NCBI RefSeq assembly: GCF_018350175.1
Contig: NC_058368.1
Coordinates: 66,218,001-66,282,000, forward strand
DNA: 64,000 nt
Origin: Felis catus
Lineage: Eukaryota
Reading direction: 5' to 3'
Made by a program: the position numbers and the translations under genes. Below, in pieces: positions 50,801-63,881 of the stretch. Position 1 is the stretch's first letter. The number at the start of each line of letters is the position of its first letter. A model generated the notes under the pieces. The model saw only the letters and a program-made list of their open reading frames with translations. It searched no databases and was not told the DNA's origin.

Positions 50801-52599
50801 TCTTAGGGCCAGAAAAATAAATGTCAGAGGAAACAGTACTTTTTATTTACTAGAGCAAAATAGAAACAAAGTGATCTGGCTATTAACATGAAAAAATAGA
50901 TCTGCTTTTGCTATGGCCACATCCCTTCGTTTTAATAAAATAAAAATAAATATATATTTCAGAACCTTTTGTGCTGATCTCGAAAAGCTATATAGGAAAA
51001 ATCGCAAAGGGCCAGATGGCAACCGTGTGTGTCTACTGGAAGCTAAAAGAACTGGCCACCTCGGGAGAGCAAGACAGGAGCAATGCCTGTGGTGACTACG
51101 GAATCATCTAGAACGCCACCAAAAAATGTATTTTCTAAGAAAGCAAACATCTCCGTCGCACACGCGTTTCTTTACCAAGCTGTAGCCGTGGCGTGCTTAA
51201 AACCTACTTCTCGAGGACTGACTGACTAACCCATTCATTCCTAAAAATACTCCTTTCATAAAACGGTGTTTTGCTTAGCCCTCACTTTAAATTTAAACAG
51301 GAACTAATAGTACTCTGAGCTATTTGCTTTCACTCAGCGTAAGCAATTTTTTTAGGGAAGGGGCAGGGGAGAAGTTTCGAGCAATACCATCACATACGTA
51401 CACACACCCAAGCTGCGAACCGAGTGTTTCACGGGCTCTTATGGCCCCACACTCGGCCCCTCACAGGAGAACTAGCAACAGACCCTTCTTTGAGGCTGCT
51501 AGCTTTCGATCCTCAGACCACTTTTGTAAATACAAGAAACCTGTATTTTTTGCCAAAGAAATCACCCTCGTCCAGGAGAATTGTTTTGTTTCTGTCAGGG
51601 AATGTCTAGCTCAGTACCTTTCCTAGAAACCAGTACGGCTAAAATCTGTAACTTCCTTTTTTTTTTTTTTCATATTTAGTAATTAAAAAGCAAGTGCGAA
51701 AAGCTTATGCTCTTTATTCAACCGCAACACATCTTTTCAAAATTCTGTAATGGCCCATAAATTTGCATTAATGATCACCTGCTCCAGAAACCTCGGAAAC
51801 AGGAGGCTGGGAGAACATCCGTGCGTGTTTATGTGTCTCAGATACCTGACTCTGGGCCAAGGTGGAAGCTTTGGAGAAAATAGAAAGAACTTCCTTGACT
51901 AGCTGTTCGTTACAAATTTTGGCCAAAGGAATAGTTGGGTCAAGCGCCAGCACTTGTAACCAGGAGATTTAATTATGGTCAAGGTTAATAACTCCTATCC
52001 TGCAGGAATTCACAATAGCTCAGGTTTTACGACACTGTTTTCTTTTTTGGTGGGACCAGGATATATAGAAACGACTTGCAGGGAGGTCAGTCGGGCCTGA
52101 TTTGGATTTCCTTTCAAAGCTCCGTAAGACGTAAATATGTACTACAAATTACCCAGTCGCTGCCGCCTTAAAAACTTGTAGGGAAACGAAAATGTAAGAG
52201 TTTGAGTCTTGGAGGAACACTAGAAAGCTCTACAAAGGACTCTTTTCAGGATGAGGAGAATTCTGTAAAGCTCAGACCAGGGTTTACAAACAGACCAGGA
52301 GGTGCCGCAAAACTGGGAGCCATTAATCTTACCGTTAATCAGAGACTCCTTTTGTAAAGCAAATAGTCAGCTCCTGATTTATCTCTTTTGTACATTCAAC
52401 CTCTTATCTGCCGGTATTTCTTTGAGCAGAGTTCACATCTTTTCGGATATCTAGACGTTTCGATGTGAGTTGAAAGCATTGGCTTCCCAAGTATGAGAAA
52501 GGGTCGGGGTCTGAGGTTTATTTATGGGGAGCTTATTTGAGGCAGGAACTGGGCTAGATCAGGAGCCTGTGACCCACTGCTTCCTAAATCACATTTCAT

Positions 52600-52720
52600 T
52601 CCCCTACAGTCCTGGGAAACACATGCGACATTAATTTTACCAGCAAGGAAACTGAGGCTTAGAGAGGTGGTTCAAAGCCAACTAGTAAGTGGTAAAGCCA
52701 GAATGTAAACATATCTAGTT
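52600..52720 (-). mobile_element. MIR fragment
   Basis: attttaccagcaaggaaactgaggcttagagagg..actagtaagtggtaaagccagaa. Confidence 0.75.
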
Positions 52721-53262
52721 CTAGAAACCATGTAATTTTTCCTGCTGAAGCCTCTATGGGAAAAGAGTTAGGATACAAGGGATGCTTAGAAGCATTCCAT
52801 GTTTGCTGCTCAACTCTATGCTTTTATTGTATCTATTGTATTAATACTAGGGTGTTCATAGGTACAACGTTCTCACGAATCATACACCCACCATACCACC
52901 CGATGATCCCTGGAAGATGCTGATTTTCTCTATGTAATACTAAAGCTAAAAACTAGTTGGTCACTGAAAATACATTGCTGTTGAGTGAGAAGAGGGGCTG
53001 TGCTTACCATTTGCGGGTTTTTTTAGTGTATTTGTTACTTTCTCTGAGGTACCAGTGACATCACCTGAATGTGACCCAATTACTGAAACAAACCTCTTAA
53101 AGCTTGCCTCATGGACCATGGGAAACCAAACTCTGGCATTAACCTGGGAGAGTAACTCTTTTATTAAAATATTTCAGGGAAGTTTCTCTCCTTCCTAGGA
53201 AAAAAACACATCATCCCCTAGAGGCACTAGAAAGACTAGAATATTGTGAACAAAATCTGTTT

Positions 53263-53598
53263 GAAAAAAAGAGGAAGTCCTGACATAAGGTACAACATGA
53301 TAAACCCTGAGGACGTCACGCTAAGTGAAATAAGCCAGTCAGAAAGACAAGTACGGCATGAGTCCACTTCCCTGAGATATCTGAAATAGTCAGACTTCTA
53401 GACCCAGAAAGTAGAATGGTGTTGCCAAGGACTGAGGGGAGGGGGAGAAGTTGTTCAGTGGATGAAGTTTCAGTTATGAAGGATGAAATGTTCTAGGGAT
53501 CCATCGTACCACAATGTACAAATGGTTAACAATACTGCACTCTATGCCCCAAAATATTAGGAGGGTGAATTTATATTACATATTTTTTACCACAATAT
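53263..53598 (+). mobile_element. L1MA/L1MB-like LINE-1 3' end
   Basis: gctaagtgaaataagccagtcagaaagacaa, agaaagtagaatggtgttgcca, gttaacaatactg, ttttaccacaat. Confidence 0.9.
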
Positions 53599-54879
53599 TT
53601 TTTTTTTTTTAAAGCATCATGACAAATCCTGAAGACAGCTGGACACACCTTCTATTACATCAAAGACTGGGCTGTAAAGTGCTGCAGTCTAGTTATTTTC
53701 CAAGACCATTTTGAAGACTCAAGTCAGGTAGAAGGAGCCAAGGAGGGAGTTTTCTAAAACAATCTTCTCTGCAGGCCCTTCTCACGGTTCAGTCGGACAT
53801 TTCAGATCATCCATTCCGTAACGTCCTCCAAAAAAGCAGAGTAAACTGCTTGCTTTGTTACCAAATGCCTGACACCCTCACTGAGCTGCCTTGCCACACT
53901 AGGATTCTAAAATACTCCCAGTAGAAATTTGGTAAGCATTACCTCCAGCCCCAGGGAAAATGCTAACGAGAAACATTAATTTCTATTTGTGAGAAATTCT
54001 GATTAGCTTGTGATGTGGAGGACACATGAGTCTGTCCTGATTATTCTCTACCCTAAGCTAAAAAATTTTCTAGGACACCAAGATTCAAAAATGTAGATTT
54101 GCATGTTCCGAGTGCCCTGAAAGATTTTTTTCCAGCATTCTACTGTCAAATGATTTTTTTCTTAAGTCTACACGTGTCCTTCAACACTTTGGCTGAAATG
54201 GAACACTTAGGAGAAAGCCATTGAGCTGGTAGACTGTTATTTTAAAAACACAAAGGACTATTCGATTCGTCAGAGATTTGAGATGTTAATAAAAGATTTG
54301 CCAGAATGTGGGAGCTACAAGGGCCCTTTGAGGTAAACTCGTCCAATGTTTCAACTAAACAGGTGAGGAAACTAAGTCTTGGAAAGTTCATCTTGTCCAG
54401 TATTAATAGCAGCGGAAGAAGGGAATAATTTTTGCCAAAGTGTTTACGTTAGCTCAACTGTGGAAACCCCTAGCTTCCTCTTATTAAACTATTAGTTTGG
54501 CTTAAAATTGTTCTTGGTCCCTGTTTATGGAAAAGTTTAATAACTGCTATCTGCAGTAATAAGAGATATAATAATGTTTATCCTTTTATTTCCTCCGAGG
54601 ATCTTGGAGTGTGCTTCATCATTAATTAAAGAATCCTCTGAGTCCCCCTATTAGATAAGTATTATTAACCCCATTTATAAAGGAAATGAAATTCTGAGCG
54701 ATTAGGTGACAGGGAAGCGCCATACCCCGAGCTAACGGTTACGGTGGACATTCTGCAAGAAACAGGAACTTTGTGATTTCCACGGCAGGTATGTTAGTCC
54801 TTGAATTAAAAGAAACAGAACACGTCCATATTAAGCTATTGCTTCGTACAATGAATTGTGTTAAGACCACTTGGGGACT

Positions 54880-56040
54880 TCAAGGTGTATGTGATGTACC
54901 TGTTCTTAGAGAGCGTGTATGAAATAGCCAGTAGGGACACCAAGACAATCGCATAAAGTACTAAAATGCAAGGTAAAATATGTGTTACACACGAAGTTCT
55001 GTGAAGGTCAAAGGGATTGAGAATATAAATCAAGATGGAGAGATTAAGAAAAGCTTTAAGATGAAGGTGACTTTGAGCAGCTTATTTAATATTCCAGTGG
55101 TCAGATTTTGAGGCATTTGTCCGTACCTGTACTCATTGTACAAATATTTCCTGAGCGGAACCACCAGGATCGTCTAAGCTCTGAGGTGGAGACAGTGAGG
55201 CAGACAAGGACAAAGACCCCTCCTCCAACATCCCAGCTTTTCCCTGGGATACGCAGGGGAAAGCAAAAAGCATTATTTCCCCTCAAATTTCCGGTATGTA
55301 AATAGCCTCAGGCATGTCGATGACTAGCAAAGAATGAAACTTTAAAAAGAAGCTGGAGTCACCTTGGGAAAGCTTTTGAAGGCAAGGGGTCAAGTCTTTG
55401 TGCTCCAGGAGAAATGAGTAGGGGGTTAAAAGGACGGGAAACCAGATCCGGGAAGTCTGTTGCTGGCTTTGTTGCCTGAGTCCCAGAGTGAGTAACTGCT
55501 CGACCGTCAGCAGTGGAGGGCTGGCCAAAGCAGTGAGTGAGATCACATAGGAAAAGTGCACAGCCAAAAGAAAGAACGGGGTCAAGGACAGAACCCTAGG
55601 GTACTCTCACGTTTTGAATCTGATTAGGGCGTGAGAACAAACAAAGTAGACAGCAGAAGGGATCAGTGAGGTAGAGGAACTGTGGGGAGATTGTCAGCAT
55701 GGTGTGCCTAAAGCCAAGAACCAAGTGGAGTTTCGCTGAGTGAGTGGTTTCCCCATGAGAGGGCACGTCTGGGTGCTACAGAGTTAATGTGGGGGATTTG
55801 GACTCAGAATAAGTTGTTGAATTTGGCAAATTATGAGAAGTCTTTGGAGAAAGCCAAATCAATAATGCAATGCATCTGGAATGAATCCAGATTTTAGGGA
55901 GTTTTAGTAATAACAAACACATTGTGAGAAAACGGAGTCAAATGATCTGGACACAGTGTTTGTTCACATAGTTTGGGGACAATACATGCCAGGTCAAGGC
56001 AATCCCTGTTAAGGGGAGATGGGATGAGGAAACAATAGAC
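54880..56040 (-). mobile_element. Degenerate L2 fragments
   Basis: Purine-rich reverse-L2 motifs at ~54880-55085 and ~55510-56040 (gaaggtgactttgagc; gtcaaggacagaaccctagggtactc; cagtgaggtagagga). Confidence 0.5.
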
Positions 56041-56061
56041 TTAAAAATGTTTGTAGATCTA

Positions 56062-56186
56062 GGGGCGCCTGGGTGGCTCAGTCGGTTACGTGTCTGACAC
56101 TTGACTTCAGCTTGGGTCATGATCTTGAGGTTTGTAGGATTAAACCCCGCCTCGGGGTCTGCGCTGATAGCTTGGGTTTCTCTCTC

Positions 56187-56239
<53 letters not shown>

Positions 56240-56305
56240 TTCACTCTCTGCATGCCCCTGCCCCGCTTGCACTCTCTCAAAATAGACATTAAAAATATTT
56301 TTTTT
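56062..56305 (+). mobile_element. CAN-SINE with expanded (CT)n
   Basis: TSD aatgtttgt(a/g)gatcta at 56046-56061 and 56306-56321. Confidence 0.95.
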
Positions 56306-58039
56306 AATGTTTGTGGATCTAAGTAAGGCAGTAGAGAGAATGTCAATATACATAAAACTGGAGAGTAGAGATAGAGCTCAATTTCTAGGAGGAGGAGAAG
56401 GAGGATTGTGGGGCAAGATTGGGAAGCAGAACAACAGACAAGGGGGGAGAATGCCTTTTTTCCATGGATCATTAATTATGCCGTATTAGAGTCTGTGTTT
56501 GGTTAAAATAAAGACTGTTTTCACACGTTTTGCTGCTCTTGAGTTGATAATGTGAATACAAACTCTAAACATTTATCACACACCAGATTTTACTAGTGCA
56601 CGATGCAAGCAAAAGATTGGGGAACAGATTTCAGAATAACTCCATGCCTGGATTCTTCTTCTGCCCTTTTTCTCCTTTGGGAGCCCTTCTTGATTTAATT
56701 GTCACCAGCTGATGATCAGTTAGGCACACTGATCTCAGTGGAGTTTAATAAGAAAGCGGCATTACGAAAAATATGTTGGAGATCTAAGCTGTGGGGGGAA
56801 AGAACCTAGACAATCCACAATGTGTCACTGTCACTAGCAAAGGACAAGTCAGTTACTTTCCATCCCCACACAAATGTATAAAGCAATTTGTACTTGAGCA
56901 CAACTACCTCTGGGTCAACTGGAATAAAACACTGGCCTGGGTAAGAATAACCAAGTCAAGGCAAGGAAAAGTTTGGAATACCGTGTACAGATGATTCTTG
57001 GAATTATTTTAACTGATTTGAAGAACGGAGGGATATAGAAAGCATTCTAAACGTTTTTTTAAAACAAATTCTCATTTCAGGTATGTTTTAGGTCAAAAAT
57101 CCCAAGTATAGGAATTAGGTGCCTCAGGCACTGTCTGTGTTAGAGGCATTATTGATGAAGTCATTACGTGTGAGTTACGAATTCCTTCTTGAGGAAGGAT
57201 CGTTTCCTGGGAATTTTACCCCCAAATTTAAGGAAATGCTAAAGTGAAATGCTGTGTTGCTACTTAAATGCAGTCGTTTAGAAATTCTGTATAATCTCTT
57301 AAAGCAAAAAGCTAAACATTTTAGGGTATTAAAGTGAGAGCTTTTGGCTGTCAGTTCTACTCGATTCTACCCGTGGCAGATCAGCAGCTATCCGTCTTCC
57401 AGATGCTGTGTGTGGAGAGATGGACTGTGTGAAGGAGACTCCTGGGCTCACTGGATCCAGTTTTCTTTAAGAAGCCATGCTCGCATGCTTAAACTAAAAA
57501 CAGCCCTGAATGGAAAATCAATCGTGAAGGCTGAGAGTTGAGCTGGGGGCTTAGAGTTGACTGTAGGTGGTGAGGGTGTCCGCAGAAAAAGACCAACTAG
57601 AGCCAGGTGTTAGCCAGGAGAGCATTTCTGGTAAAGTGCCATGAAGTGGACCCTGTGGATATGGGAACTACAAAAAGGACTTCTCTCCTACTACTCCATA
57701 GGACCCAGGGATTGGCTAGCAGAGAACAGGCTGGATTTCCCCCCCCCACTCTCCCCCTTGCCTGACACCTTTGCACAGTGACCAAATTGTGTGGTCATAG
57801 GCAACAACCCGGGCCTGCCAATCACCTCCTCCTCCACAGACCATTTCCCCAGAATCAAGCGCATGGTAGGTGCCTACCTTGTTGATCTAAAATGATACGT
57901 TTTGTGGAATCTGACATCTCTGAACATGTATTCATGACCAGATTCGGATTTATACCTGAGGGGCCCCCCCTTGTCTCCTTCAGGGGAAACTACATGGCTT
58001 CAAGCCACAAAACAATAAGGAGCCAAGGAGAGGCCATGG

Positions 58040-58530
58040 ATTTATTCATTCATTGAAAAAAATAATGACTGTGCTCCTGTTTTGGCCACATATACTGCTC
58101 TAGAAGTTGCAGATCCAGGCCAAAGAAAAGGAAAGATAAGAAAAGAAAATTCCTATCTTCATGTCATGGAGCATATATTCCAATGTAGGAAGAATGGAAG
58201 AAGATAGTAAATGAAACAAAGAAATATGACATACTGTGTGTCAGATAGCGATCAGTACATGGGAGGGAAAACAGAACAGTGAAAAGGCAGTAGCTAGCGC
58301 TGGGAGCGGGGTTACTCTTTCAAACCAAGCAGGGAAGCCAGTGTTGCCAGCACAGCTTAAACAAGGAGAATACCAGTAGGAGATGGGGTTGGAGAGGCAG
58401 CAGGTAGATTGGGAGTGAGATCACCTAGGGTCTTTTAGGCACCTGCAGAAATTTATTTTCTCCTCTGGGCAAGCTGAGGAGTCTTTGGAGAATACACTGT
58501 ACAGAGGAGAGGTGCAATCTGATTGACGTC
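58040..58530 (-). mobile_element. L2a-like fragment including the 3' end
   Basis: ttattcattcatt end, tcatggagcatatattc, tgtcagatagcgatcagt, ggagatggggttggagagg..gatcacctagggtctt. Confidence 0.75.
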
Positions 58531-60719
58531 ATAGTCAGAGTCGACTGTTACAGGAAATAGCAAAACGACCAATGATGGTATGGCCCTTGGAAGCTGATTG
58601 TTGTCTCTTCTGGGTTCTGAGAACTCTCATGAGAGGGGCACGGGACTTTCTGCCTTGCCTGTATGGTCTTACAGGAGTCAGGCCTCCATGAGACTGAGGA
58701 ATGTTATGGGTCCGTCATACACAGGTCTTAACGTTTGTGGTCTAGACAGTAACACGTATCCAGAAAAGTCGTGATCACGGCATTGTCGCAGCCAAGGATG
58801 GTGACTACTCCTTTGTAGGCAGCAGGTTTTGCTTTTTGTGTCTAGAATTAGCCATCAAAGAGGGCCAAGAGACAGGGTGTACCCAAGAGCCAAAGCAGAA
58901 AAAGGAGGTCAGGTTGCCTGATTTCTACTCTACCTCTATTAACTTCCAAAGCATTCTAGCATCATAGCAGGGCAAGGTGAAGCAATCCTCTGCAGCTCTT
59001 TCTCAGATCTCTTTCGATGTAAGTACCATTTGACTTTGCCTCCATCCTTAAATGTAAATGAGTGATTAGAATGTAGATTGCAAATTCTAGACAACCCAAG
59101 TGTCATTTCCTGACCCCCACCGACTTTGCCTCCTGAATTTCAAGAAAGAATGGGGAAAACCTCATTTTTTAGCAGCTGTAACGTGATAGACACTGAAACT
59201 GGCTCCAAAACCGTTTCCACTGATGAGGGATTACAGTGGGTTGGATTCCTTCACGAAGTAGGGATTAGTCGAGATCCGGCATTACTGAAATCAGGACGGA
59301 GTTAGGTACAAGCGATCATTTTATGGGGCCGTGATTTGCGCAACACAATTTCATCTGAAACAAGGAGAAACAGCTCTGAGAGAGTGGCTGGAAGATTTAA
59401 CGGCAGTATTCTGGACAGTCTGTTGCATCTGTGATATATGTTTCTAAGAAACTACATAAAATCCAGTTGGTTCATGTCACCTACCTTTATTGAACTTTAG
59501 AAGGAATCATAATCCCATGCAAAGTAAATTTAGGGGAAAAAAACACTGCATTTTGGAATGCCCATGCATGTTTCAAATACATGCCTTTTAATTGACAGAG
59601 AATTATCTACCCACGGGGATCGGCCTCCCTTTACAATTGGTAGTCCCATGGCTATTAGTGATGCAATGACAGCTTTGGGAGGCGTGCCTTTCTCCCTTCG
59701 GGGGCTCCTGTATTTTATATTTCCTTAACGATTTATGTGGTTAGCACCTTGATGCTAAATTAAAGGCGAATCATGTGTAAAATGAAATCAGAATGACTGA
59801 TGCGAATATTTTAAAAAGCAACCCTGTTTCTCAGTTTCAGTGTTCTGTGTCTACACATCTAACTGCCACAAACTTAAAAAATTACGCACGTCCTCAGGGA
59901 AGAGTGAGGAGTTGCAGTGAATTGGAACAAACTGAGATGATGTCTTTTGTGTACTGTAACACTTCAAAATCATCGCTTCCTGAAAAAAAAAATCACAGTG
60001 GCTTTTAATATTCATAAAGACTAGAAACAGGTGTTTGAACAGAACTTGAGCCACCTTTGACAGGAGCACAATGGGTTTGTCTGAAAGGGTCTTCATTTTC
60101 CCTGTCACTCACCGGCAGGACTCAGAACATCAAAACAGTTAGACTCCTGCGCTTTCACTACCGCTTTCAAAGGATTACATTTGACATTTCTAATTTTTTT
60201 CTTCCTTTCGTTAAACCCTGTCCTCCCTCTTTTAAAACTGCATGATTTTGTTCGCAAATCAAAGCGGGCAGAGGAATACATTAGCGCTCATTGCTTATGG
60301 ACTCCGGGCTGACCTCATTGCTTTTTACGTCTACCAGTAGACCACACAAACTATTTTTGGTTCGTCGTTTATCTGTGCAGACAGAGATGGGCTCGTTCAC
60401 CTCAGAAGAACACTGTTTAGCCAGATGGGAGTAAGTAGCGACCTGTGGCTTGCGTCTAAAAGCTGGGCCACTTAGGCTGTGCGAGACATCTCCCCCCTTA
60501 TCTGTTCCCCTCCTCACTTCGCAAGAAGTAGGGCCGCCCTGCTGCCCGGGCAAAGAGAAAGAATGCATCTGACTGCTCTGTACTTTCCCAAGACAGAACA
60601 CCCTAAAACGGCATTTGATCATTTGGGGGCCCCAGTACATAGTTCCAAGTGCTCAACTGTGCCCTCGCCATTTAGAAAAGAAATGGCTTTGGGAACAATG
60701 TGAAGATACTGTCGCTCGT

Positions 60720-60830
60720 TAGCTACTGTGTGACCTCAGGCAGGCCTTCTTCCACGTCTCAGACTCCAGATTCCCGATCCATCAGATTAACGATCTGGAC
60801 ACGATCTCAAGGTTCTATCCTGAACTAAAC
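60720..60830 (+). mobile_element. MIR/MIR3 fragment
   Basis: ctgtgtgacctcaggcag..ctccagattccc..atctcaaggttctatcc. Confidence 0.5.
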
Positions 60831-62579
60831 ATCTGCCGCGCGGTGTCTGTGTCCGTTGCCCAGGGCCACAAGGAGATGGAACAAAGAAGAAAATAATGAA
60901 ATAATGAAATGTCAAGTTACCTATAATTACCTGAATAGTTCCTTAAACATTTCCCTCGTCTTTCCTTTTTTGAAAGAGCAAAACAGTAAGCGGTAGGACA
61001 TTACAAAAATAAGCGTTATGTTCAGTCAGGGAACATCAATTTTTCTGAGAGACAACAATAAAGGGAATAAGAGGTAAAGCTTCAAGGGAGTTGGAATTGC
61101 TGGGTTTTAAGTGAAGACAGAGGCACACTGTAAAAGAAAATTTTTTTAATATAAACTTTTATCCTTCTGCCAAAAAAACACACAGGGTAGAATTTTTGGG
61201 TGGGAAATGGGGGAAGCGCAGTTGGCCGCAGAATTATTAGGGTCATATTTGTTGAAGCCTTACAAGATGTATTTTTGTAAAAGATGAAATTTGTGCTTTC
61301 CCTCAAAAAATTTCAGTTTGCTCCCGATTCATTTTGCCGGTGACACTGATTTTTCTGTCCCCAGCTCTTGCTCTGACAGCCAAGTCTACATTTGGATGGA
61401 TGCTTCCAAATTTGGTTGAATGACTGAGAGAGATTTTCAAAGTACTTAAGGAATTTACTTTGACTTGACATTTGAATTGGAGATGAAGTGATATAAAAAT
61501 TTAAAGTAACCAGCATTCTGGAGCCTAATGTCCCTATTTCACTAGATTTTTTTTTCCTGTAAAATACGGTCAGTGAAAACCCTCATTTCTTATCGTTCTT
61601 ATTATGCATTTAAAATTCACTTTAAATATCACCCAAGGACCTGAATGCTAAAAATAAATGTGAAGCACCTTCTCAAATATTACACAAAGTGACCTTCAGA
61701 GAGGACCCGCTCGTCACCGGAACCATTTCCATACCGCTGCTGATATGCCCATGAGCATATCAGGCTTGAAAAGAGAGAAAGAAAGAGATAGGTTTATAAA
61801 TTATTTTGACTCAAAACCCCCAAAGTAGAAACATGCTCACGCACATCGCCAGCCTGTTCCTTGGAAACTAGCACCTCAGGACAGAGGATATTGAAGTACT
61901 ATTGAATGCACTTTCCTCAGCTACCACCTGTGAATTATGGCTGGCAGCAGGAGTTTTATGATACTATTGTAAAAGTAATGTACCTCTTAAATGGCAATTT
62001 ACTAAGTTGCTGATGAAATGCATTGCAAATATGTTAGTTTCAGGGTGGTTAGGAAAATTAACTGCTGCATATTTTCCATATTGTCATATATGCCAACGAG
62101 CTGAGAGAGTCGGGAGCAGCTTTCTCGGAAAGCTGTCTCAATGTAACATACGGTCAGCTAGTCACCTGGTGAGAACAGGAGACCAAAGCGTTAGGGGAAT
62201 CCCCTGAACCCATTTTTTTTAATCAGTCTTATCAGCCCCAAATCATTGGATCTATAAAATTTCCCTTACTATTGAACTTTTCATTGTGCTTACTCTTTAG
62301 TTTTCTATCCTATCAATTTGGATAGGGCCCCCACCACCCTGCTTCCCAGTGTGGGCCCCTAGCGATAAACTATGATGAAGCATCACCAGACCTCAGATTA
62401 CTCTTGGAAGAGATCCCCAATAAATCCCCAGCCACTATGACAGTCATATAAAGAAGAGAATCAAAGGGATAGCTAGGTGAGCGAAGATAAGTTTGGAAAC
62501 CAGTGTTTCCTAAAGTTTGTACTATCGTATACTGGACAAAGACCCGTTCTTATTTGTATTGGTATTGCTTATATTAGCA

Positions 62580-62793
62580 GACATTTTATAAAGCTTTAAC
62601 AATTTAAAAAAACCATTCAGTTTCATTATTTCATCTGACGCTCAGAACAGCCCTCTGAAGAAAGGAGGAAGTTATTGTTTAAATTTTACACACAAAAACA
62701 AAAGCTGATAGAGATTGGGTGATTTGTTCAAGATTGCCCAGCTATTGAGTAATGGAATTAGAATTTGAAACCAGATCTCCTCACTCCAAGCCC
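62580..62793 (-). mobile_element. MIR fragment
   Basis: tttcatctgacgctcagaacagccct..gtgatttgttcaaga..cagctattgagt..gaatttgaaaccagatctcc. Confidence 0.7.
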
Positions 62794-63654
62794 GTCACAG
62801 AAACCATGCTTTGGTTAGAATACAGGTATATAAGAGCACTAAACTCACCTAAAACATACAGGGGCAGTAACCTGCCAAACATTTCAAACATGACAACATT
62901 TGATAAGTTCAATAGCAGAATTCATGATTGACATCTCTAAATGATTTTAGAGCAAGGATAGCAAATAAGTTGCTGTTTGCATCCCAGTTTAGAAAAGGGT
63001 ACAGTGATGGATTAGCAATGTCTGCCGTGGGCACAGGAAATGGTTGGTTCCAGCACACATACTGGCTGTTCTTATGCTGAAGATTCAATCACTTTGTAAA
63101 ATACATTTTGGTTTTATAATGAAAACCAACATAGACCCATAAATCGACAAGTTTTTGTTAAGCATCAATAAAACACCATAGATTTTAATTTTCTGATACT
63201 GACTTTGAACACTCCACAGATTTGAAAAGGTGCAAATCATACAATCAAAAGAATCCATTTTTGTGAAACTTATGGCATCCTTTGAAAGGAATATCAAGGA
63301 ACCATATATAGATGTGGAAAGAGCTATAACAGAATTCCTATATATATTCAGAGCACTGTATTTTCTTACATTCATTTCTACCATGTGGAAATATTTTACT
63401 GTAGAGTCAATCAGAGTCCAAATGGGTTAAATATTTTGAATTACTGATGAATTTGCTAATCTAAAATTTTGTTCACATGAATGTCTTTAGTTGTTATCTT
63501 AATGGTACAATTGTTGTGACTTTAGCTATGATAAAAATGGACAAGAAGTCAATAATAAAGGCCCCTAAAATATGCTTTGTTCCTAATAGAAGTAGAAAAA
63601 AATAAAGCTATAGACTTGCAGTTTCCTGGAGATTTGATAACAAATTCTATGTAC

Positions 63655-63858
63655 AAGAAATGATGGGAAGCTTGGAGTTTCCTTCAAAATAATCTGGGAA
63701 TAAGGGTGTGGGGATGGAGTGGGGAGGGGAGGAGAAGATAGTAAATGAAAAGGGGTTGATCATGAATTAATAATTGATGAAGTTGCCTGATAGGTACATG
63801 AGGGTTCATTATACTTTTTCTCTTTACTTTTATTTGTATGAAATTTTCATTAAAAAGT
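63655..63858 (+). mobile_element. L1MC/ME-like 3' end
   Basis: cttcaaaataatctggg..ttaataattgatgaag..tgataggtacatgagggttcattatact..aattttcattaaaaagt. Confidence 0.75.
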
Positions 63859-63881
63859 GGTTTTTACTCCCTCTTAATGAT

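Noticed and set aside
58547..58753. tgttac...gtaaca-bounded segment resembling a small LTR
   Set aside because: Only 6-bp terminal symmetry, no TSD and no recognisable family motifs.
62500..63430. Possible hAT/Charlie transposase remnant (cagtgtttcctaaa start; gctataacagaattcct) and 66/99-aa ORFs
   Set aside because: Similarity too faint to call by eye; would need a Dfam or protein-HMM search.
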